DNA from: a candidate division WOR-3 bacterium
Lineage (GTDB): Bacteria > Hydrothermota > Tepidihabitantia > Tepidihabitantales > Tepidihabitantaceae
NCBI GenBank assembly: GCA_037441285.1
Contig: JBBISL010000005.1
Span: forward strand, 49,054-113,053
Length of the DNA: 64,000 nt
Direction of reading: 5' to 3'
Part shown: positions 58,079 to 64,000 of the stretch, in pieces
Numbering within the stretch: position 1 is the first letter of the stretch
How the letters are laid out: every line of letters starts with the position of its first letter
Notes under the pieces: generated by a model
The model's database searches: none
Told to the model about the DNA's origin: nothing
The model's input: the letters and a program-made list of their open reading frames with translations, nothing else
Translations under genes and position numbers: made by a program

Positions 58079-60298
58079 TTAGAACCGCCCGCGTCTTTGT
58101 TCTTTACCGCGGCTGTGACCGGTTCGGCTGGAAGAGCTCGGGGCGGAGCGTGCGGGGCGGCGGTCACGATGTTCGACGATGCCGGAGTCGTTGGAAGGGG
58201 GTATTTCACCCCGTTCTTCCATCGCCTTACGCCGGGAGAGGTTTATTCTTCCCTGACTGTCAATCTCGGTTACCTTGACCCAGACCTTATCACCGACCTT
58301 TACCTCATCGGTGACCTGTCGGCAGTGGCCCGGCGCCAACTGGGAGATGTGTACCATACCTTCCTTACCGGGTAGAACCTCAACAAAGGCACCAAAGGAG
58401 GTGACACGGGTTACGGTACCCTGGTAAACTTTCCCGACTTCAACTTCGGCGACGAGCGATTCAACCCACTCCTTTGCCTTCTGGAGCGCATCGGGATTGG
58501 TGGCGGCGATGGTGACCGTGCCGTCGTCTTCAATGTCAATCGTGGTGCCGGTGGCTTCGATAATCTTGCGGATGGTCTTTCCGCCCGGTCCGATAACGGT
58601 ACCGATTTTGTCCTTGTCGATGACGAGCGATATAATCCGGGGCGCAAACCGGGAAATTTCGGGTCGGGGGCGGTCGATAACCGAGTTCATTATTTCGAGG
58701 ACTTTGAGGCGTGCCCGGGTTGCCTGTTCCATTGCGGTGCGAAGTATCGAGTAGGGGACACCGGGCAGTTTGAGGTCAAGTTGAATGGCGGTAATTCCGT
58801 CCCGGGTGCCGGCGACTTTAAAGTCCATATCACCGTAATGGTCTTCATCACCGATGATGTCGGTGATGATTTTGAACCGCGCACCCTCTTTAACCAGACC
58901 CATCGCGATGCCGGCAACCGCAGTTTTGACCGGAACGCCGGCGTCCATCATTGACAACGAACCGGAGCAGACCGATGCCATTGAGGAGGAGCCATTGGAT
59001 TCCAGTATGTCCGAGACAATCCTGATGGTGTAAGGAAACTCCTCTTCTTTGGGTACCACCGCCTGGAGCGCCCGTTCGGCAAGGTCACCATGGCCAATTT
59101 CCCGGCGACCTGGTCCGCGCAGCATCCGGACTTCGCCCACCGAGAAGGGCGGGAAGTTGTAATGGAGCATAAACGACTTCTTTTCTTCCATTGCCAGTTC
59201 GACATCATCAACCACCTGTTCGTCCGATTTTGTGCCGAGCGTGGTGGTTGCAAGCGACTGGGTTTGACCCCGGGTAAAAAGGGCGCTGCCATGGGCGCGG
59301 GGTAAAACGCCAACCGCACATTCAATCGGACGCAACTCGTCAAGTTTTCTGCCATCAAGCCGCTGTTCCCGCTCGAGTATCCGATTCCGGATGTCCCGGC
59401 TAATTACCTCTTCCAGTACCGCGGCAACCGCACCTTCAGCATCAGGATATTTTTCTTCCAGTTGAGAAGCAACCTGCTGGATGAGTTCTCTTCGGGCGTT
59501 GCTCCGGGCGCGCTTGTCGGTGATGTCGTTGGTTGCGACCGCCGGTTCAGCAATGCGCTGGAGAATCTCCTGACGCAGTTCATCCGAAATCAATGGTTCG
59601 TCCGGGCTGATTTTGGGCTTGCCCACCGCCGCCTGCAACTCCTTCTGGAGCTCGATGGTCTTCTTTATTACCGGTTGAGCCAGTTCCCATGCCCGGTCAA
59701 TATCCTCAAGCGCAACCTCCCGTGCCTGTCCGGCGATGGTCATAACTTCGCCGTTCTCCAGCCCGACGAAAATCATCGACATCTCGGCATCATCGAGCTG
59801 GCTCATTGGCGGGTTGGCGATTAGTTGACCGTTAATTTTTCCCACCCGACAGACACCAATCGGACCAAGGAAAGGAATTTCCGAAATTACCAGGGCAGCC
59901 GAAGAGGCAACCAGGCTTAAAAACTCGCTCTCATTCTCCATATCGGTGGAGAGGAGATAGGCGATAATCTGGGTTTCGTGCCTGAATCCAGCCGGGAAAA
60001 GCGGTCGGATTGGGCGGTCAATCAATCGGCAGGTGAGCGTTTCTTTATCCCGGGGTTTGCCTTCACGCTTAAAGAATCCGCCTGGAATCTTACCCGCGGC
60101 GTAAGCCAGTTCCCGATAGTCAACCACCAGGGGAAAGAAGTCCTGATAACCTTCAATTGGTTGTTTGTTGTATACGGCGCTTGCCAGAACCACCGAATCG
60201 CCGTAACGGGCAAGCACACCGCCATCTGCCTGACGGGCAACGCGGCCATATTCTAACGACAGGGTCCGGCCGCAGACCTCAACTTCGACGCGATGCAT
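58079..60298 (-). CDS. pnp: Polyribonucleotide nucleotidyltransferase
   Basis: RLIDRPIRPLF, HGSALFTRGQTQ, RREIGHG, GDMDFKVAG, KH and S1 domains. Confidence 0.98.
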   Translation of the reverse strand: MHRVEVEVCGRTLSLEYGRVARQADGGVLARYGDSVVLASAVYNKQPIEGYQDFFPLVVDYRELAYAAGKIPGGFFKREGKPRDKETLTCRLIDRPIRPLFPAGFRHETQIIAYLLSTDMENESEFLSLVASSAALVISEIPFLGPIGVCRVGKINGQLIANPPMSQLDDAEMSMIFVGLENGEVMTIAGQAREVALEDIDRAWELAQPVIKKTIELQKELQAAVGKPKISPDEPLISDELRQEILQRIAEPAVATNDITDKRARSNARRELIQQVASQLEEKYPDAEGAVAAVLEEVISRDIRNRILEREQRLDGRKLDELRPIECAVGVLPRAHGSALFTRGQTQSLATTTLGTKSDEQVVDDVELAMEEKKSFMLHYNFPPFSVGEVRMLRGPGRREIGHGDLAERALQAVVPKEEEFPYTIRIVSDILESNGSSSMASVCSGSLSMMDAGVPVKTAVAGIAMGLVKEGARFKIITDIIGDEDHYGDMDFKVAGTRDGITAIQLDLKLPGVPYSILRTAMEQATRARLKVLEIMNSVIDRPRPEISRFAPRIISLVIDKDKIGTVIGPGGKTIRKIIEATGTTIDIEDDGTVTIAATNPDALQKAKEWVESLVAEVEVGKVYQGTVTRVTSFGAFVEVLPGKEGMVHISQLAPGHCRQVTDEVKVGDKVWVKVTEIDSQGRINLSRRKAMEERGEIPPSNDSGIVEHRDRRPARSAPSSSSRTGHSRGKEQRRGRF

Positions 60299-60306
60299 TG
60301 TTCGAC

Positions 60307-60576
60307 CTAACCTCTGAGCCCAAGGGTGGTGATGATTTTCTCGTACCGCTCGGGATAGTGTTTTGCCAGATACTGCAGGTGCCGGCGTCGCGCATTTACC
60401 AGTTTAATCAGTCCGCGCCGCGAATGGCGGTCCTTCTTGTGCACCTTCAGATGTTCGGTTAACTGATTAATCCTTTCGGTAAGAATTGCAATCTGAACTT
60501 CAGGTGAGCCCGTGTCCTTTTCGTGTAAGCGGAATGTGCTCACCAGTTTCATCTTCTGTTCCTTAGTTAGTGCCAT
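60307..60576 (-). CDS. rpsO: 30S ribosomal protein S15
   Basis: [27 protein letters not shown]. Confidence 0.98.
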   Translation of the reverse strand: MALTKEQKMKLVSTFRLHEKDTGSPEVQIAILTERINQLTEHLKVHKKDRHSRRGLIKLVNARRRHLQYLAKHYPERYEKIITTLGLRG

Positions 60577-60758
60577 ATTTTTTTTCCTTTTCCTTTTTGT
60601 CCTATACTAATTAAATTAACCAAATCCCTGCCAATGTCAACAAACAGCAGACCGGCAGTCAATCGCCGTGAAATCAACCGGCAATCGGAAAGGGCAGGGG
60701 TAAGAAAGATAATTACGGTAGGCTTGCGTTGTTGGGTACTTAGGGTATATTAGAAGTG

Positions 60759-61277
60759 ATGGAGAGAAGTCAGCGAGAGCAGAAGAACCGAAAACGAACA
60801 GGCAAAAAGTCCGGGTCCGCATCTGCGGCGGTTCGGCACGGTCAAGCAACATTACCGCTCCGGGAGTTGAAGCGGGCAGAGCGGTTCCATGGCCATCTTG
60901 GTCCGTGGCTGGTTTTAGGTTTGCGGGCGGGCAGGTGTGCTCGAAAGATGTTGAAGGGGTCGCCCTTTGACCTGAGGGCGGTTGTTGAGTGTCCGGCAAA
61001 ACCGCCGGTGAGCTGTTTTATTGATGGGGTCCAGTTAGGTTCAGGCTGTACAATGGGTAAGAGTAATATTCAACATCGAGTAAAATCAGGAGGGTGCCGG
61101 GTCGTTTTTCAGCATCGAGCTGCCGCGGCCAAGGTCTCATTTAAAGTGCGAGACGAACTGTTCGAGACGCTTGTTAACATTAAGAAAAACGAGGCAATCG
61201 CTCGTGCTCATCAGATGTCCCAAAAACCGTTTTCTCGGCTGTTTATAAGTGGAAAAGAAAATGAGCCGAAGCGGTGA
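60759..61277 (+). CDS. FmdE family protein
   Basis: FHGHLGPWLVLG, SCFIDGVQLGSGCTMGK; leaderless ATG60759. Confidence 0.85.
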   Translation: MERSQREQKNRKRTGKKSGSASAAVRHGQATLPLRELKRAERFHGHLGPWLVLGLRAGRCARKMLKGSPFDLRAVVECPAKPPVSCFIDGVQLGSGCTMGKSNIQHRVKSGGCRVVFQHRAAAAKVSFKVRDELFETLVNIKKNEAIARAHQMSQKPFSRLFISGKENEPKR

Positions 61278-61343
61278 ATCCCGAAACGGTCTGGTTAGTC
61301 TAATAAGGTGGAGATTAAGAAAAACGAAAAGGAGGAGATGAAA

Positions 61344-61793
61344 ATGGCTAAACACCTGACAACCTGGGACCCGTTCCGGGAGATGGTTTCGCTTCGGGAT
61401 GAACTGGACCGTTTGTTTGATTCGGTCTTCGGCAGGTTCCCACGGGAGCGGGGTGAAACCTACTGGGCACCGCCGATGGACATTGAGGAGACCGATGAGG
61501 CGGTTATCGTTCGGGCGGAACTGCCCGGTATGAGTAAAGACGACATTAAAGTCAGCCTCTCGGGCGATACGCTGACGATTTCCGGAGAGCGGAAGCAGGA
61601 GACGGAAAAGAAGGGGAAAACCTACTATCGGATTGAGCGTGCCTATGGTAAGTTCCAGCGGACGGTAACGCTGCCGGCTGAAGTTGAGGGTGATAAGGCG
61701 AAGGCAACTTACCGTGCCGGAGTGCTGGAACTGGTCCTGCCGAAGTCCGAGAAGTCTAAGGCAAAAGAGATCAGCATCGTTGCTGAGGACTAA
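61344..61793 (+). CDS. Hsp20/alpha-crystallin small heat-shock protein
   Basis: WDPFREM, PPMDIEET, AELPG, ERAYGKFQR, GVLELVLPK. Confidence 0.95.
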   Translation: MAKHLTTWDPFREMVSLRDELDRLFDSVFGRFPRERGETYWAPPMDIEETDEAVIVRAELPGMSKDDIKVSLSGDTLTISGERKQETEKKGKTYYRIERAYGKFQRTVTLPAEVEGDKAKATYRAGVLELVLPKSEKSKAKEISIVAED

Positions 61794-61810
61794 TCTCCCG
61801 GAACCGATTG

Positions 61811-61845
61811 AGGAGACGCCGGGTGCGGCGTCTCCTTTTACTTTT
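61811..61845 (+). terminator. Rho-independent terminator
   Basis: AGGAGACGCC/GGCGTCTCCT stem + T-run. Confidence 0.85.
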
Positions 61846-61883
61846 CTTGACCAGAATACATAATAGTTTAAGATTTAATGCTT

Positions 61884-62666
61884 ATGGTTAAGCACAAACT
61901 TTTTTATTTGACCGTGCTGGCTCTGGCGACAATTTTGGGATGTTCGGAAGCACCGTTAATTGAGCGGGAAGCAAACCGGGTGGTGTTTCTTGAACTGTTT
62001 TCCACTTTGCCTGATGAGTGAGCTTATTGTGCGTCTGCGTTGCAGGCGCTGGACAGTTTGACGATGATTTACGGTGATTCGGTTGTGCCAATTGTGTACT
62101 ACTCGGCGGCGTCGCATCCGGAACTGGAAAGCGAAGCCGGTCGGGCACGGTCAAACTGGTACGGGGCGGAACCGACCCTTTTACCCCTGGCGTTCTTTGA
62201 CGGCACGAATCGGGCACCCCAGGTGACGCTGCCTGACTCCTTTTATCCGGTTTACCGGAATATGATTGATGGTGCCCGGGCGCGCAAGACTTTTCTCGAG
62301 ATGAAACTGGACAGCACCGTGATTGACTCGCAGCGGGTTGCGATTCAGGTTCACATTGAGCCGACCGATTCCACAGTCAATGCAATGAGCGGTTTACGGC
62401 TGGTCGCGGTAGTGTATGAGGACAGCGTGCCCTACTACTCGCTCCTGGTGGGTGATACGGTTTACATCTCCCGGGTGGTACGCAATGTGGTCGGCGACAG
62501 TTTTGGGATACCGGTGCGGTTGAGATTTGGAGTTAGTTACGACACCCTGCTTCTGGCACCGGTTTTGGGCAACAACATCGGGCGGGTTGGAGTGGCGGTA
62601 TCGGTTCAGGATGTTACAACCCGTGCCGTGTTGCAGTCCGCAATTAAACGAAGGGTAAGAAATTAG
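61884..62666 (+). CDS. Probable selenoprotein: Omp28-like lipoprotein with UxxC motif (260 aa, Sec46)
   Basis: MVKHKLFYLTVLALATILG-C..RVVFLELFSTLPDE-TGA(62019-21)-AYC continues in frame into ORF 62040; SECIS-like hairpin at 62031-62049. Confidence 0.85.
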
Positions 62667-62675
62667 AAAGGGGAG

Positions 62676-63254
62676 GTGTTGATGAAGAGATATCAGACAC
62701 TGATATGTTTTAGCCTGCTCTTTGCCCTGATGACGTTTGGAGCAGAGGCGCCGAAGGAAGAAGCAAAAAAGTTCCCCAAGGCACCGGACTGGACTTTGAA
62801 GGACATCAACGGCGCTGAGGTGAAACTTTCGGAATTGTTGAAGAACGGACCGGTTTATATGGAGTGCTGGGATTTGCCCTGTGTCAACTGCATTGCGGAA
62901 CTGGATGCGCTCGTACCGGTTTACGACTCTTTAAAGGAACGGGGGTTGCAGATTGTTGCCCTTTCGGTTGATAAGCCATCTGACGAAGCACGGGTGCGCG
63001 GTTTTGTCAAAAGTAAAAAATGGCCCTACATCGTGGTACTTGACCAGCAGCAGAAGGTGAAAAAGGCTTACAACATCATCATCAAACCGACCGCGGTGCT
63101 CATCAATATGAAAGGGGAGATTGTGTTCACCCATATTGGGTACAAAAAGGGTGATGAAAAGCGGATTGCTAAGGAGATTGGGAAATGGCTGCCCGAGAAA
63201 GCAGAAGAGGAGAAGGGCGATAGCACTGAAGGCGAGAAGAAGGGTGGAAGTTAG
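62676..63254 (+). CDS. TlpA family thiol-disulfide reductase
   Basis: Signal peptide, APDWTLKD, WDLPCVNC, cis-Pro KPT. Confidence 0.92.
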   Translation: MLMKRYQTLICFSLLFALMTFGAEAPKEEAKKFPKAPDWTLKDINGAEVKLSELLKNGPVYMECWDLPCVNCIAELDALVPVYDSLKERGLQIVALSVDKPSDEARVRGFVKSKKWPYIVVLDQQQKVKKAYNIIIKPTAVLINMKGEIVFTHIGYKKGDEKRIAKEIGKWLPEKAEEEKGDSTEGEKKGGS

Positions 63255-64000
63255 TGAGGGTACAAAAGGGCAGAAGGGCACAGGTAATTTTGCTTATACC
63301 CTACTGCGCTTTTCTGTTTTTCATCACCGCCGTTTTCGGGAGCGACTTTTCAATTCAGGGTTCCAACCGCGCCGAGTTCTGGGGGTACGAGACAAACTGG
63401 GCGACCCATATTGAGGACAAACTGGATTTAACCGCCCGCTACGGTGATTTTGAAGGTGAACTGGGCGTGCTCTTCTTCGAACCCTCAAAACACAGCCCCG
63501 CGCCGCGCCAGCCTTTGCGGCTTCTGGACTACTCCATCGCCTATAACCCGGAAGAGTTAGAGGTGCGACTGGGCAGATTTTTCACCACCTTTGGCCAGGG
63601 GTTAACCTTGCGCACCTATTCGGATGACGATTTCCGGCACTACAAAAGTTTGCATGGCCTTTATGGCAGATTCCAGTTGCCCCTGGCAAGTGAGGTGACG
63701 CTCTTGGGCGGCAGGTTACGGGATGTGTTTTTCCAGGAGAACACCTATAAGATAATGAACGAACTGGACACCACCGACCAGGTTTTAGGGGCGAACCTCA
63801 GTTCCCGACCGGTGCAGTTTCTCACGCTGGGCGGCAGGTATGTGCGGCTCAATCGGGATGTTGACCCGACCGCCAAAGCGTTTACCGAACTGTTCGGGGG
63901 TGATGTCGGTGTTTACATGGGTGCGGTAACGCTGGGTGGTGAGGTTGCCTGGCGTCTGGGAACAAACCCCGGAATTGGCGGCAGGGAAAAGGGTTTCGGT
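63254..64000 (+). CDS. DUF6029-like outer-membrane protein, runs off window end (not in ORF track)
   Basis: GTG63254 overlaps TlpA stop; frame open to the end; LGRFFTTFGQGLTLRTY..SLHG resembles DUF6029; follows Omp28 and TlpA genes. Confidence 0.7.
   Translation, partial: MRVQKGRRAQVILLIPYCAFLFFITAVFGSDFSIQGSNRAEFWGYETNWATHIEDKLDLTARYGDFEGELGVLFFEPSKHSPAPRQPLRLLDYSIAYNPEELEVRLGRFFTTFGQGLTLRTYSDDDFRHYKSLHGLYGRFQLPLASEVTLLGGRLRDVFFQENTYKIMNELDTTDQVLGANLSSRPVQFLTLGGRYVRLNRDVDPTAKAFTELFGGDVGVYMGAVTLGGEVAWRLGTNPGIGGREKGFG

Noticed and set aside
61295..61318. CIRCE heat-shock operator before hsp20
   Set aside because: TTAGTCT..AGATTAA is an imperfect inverted repeat that does not match TTAGCACTC-N9-GAGTGCTAA
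1..64000. Genome-wide TGA reassignment (Trp/Gly) as the explanation for the in-frame TGAs
   Set aside because: Many genes end normally in TGA, including ATGA overlaps, and in-frame TGA was seen only at the two redox xxC motifs

Overview
Gene-dense bacterial chromosome segment from a diderm organism. Gene style and C-terminal sorting tails suggest an FCB-related lineage such as candidate division WOR-3 (inference). Core genes: lepB, parA/parB, truA, ileS, accD, pnp, rpsO, plus ABC transporters, a sigma54 two-component system and six large secreted proteins with T9SS/FlgD-like C-terminal tails. Most notable: (1) two extracytoplasmic thioredoxin-fold genes split by an in-frame TGA in a UxxC motif followed by SECIS-like hairpins, i.e. 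probable selenoproteins missed by the ORF track. One is an Omp28-like lipoprotein heading an Omp28-TlpA-DUF6029 operon; the other is a TlpA-like protein with a secretion tail and an additional 1-nt frameshift. (2) An 8.2 kb integrase-free cassette of three secreted proteins bounded by a 35-bp direct repeat. (3) Pervasive leaderless promoters with mostly 16-nt spacers. (4) A pseudoknot-forming 5' leader on an RRM gene. (5) An IleRS with the GXHH signature. No rRNA, tRNA, CRISPR array or transposase was recognised. All product calls come from motif recognition, not database searches.
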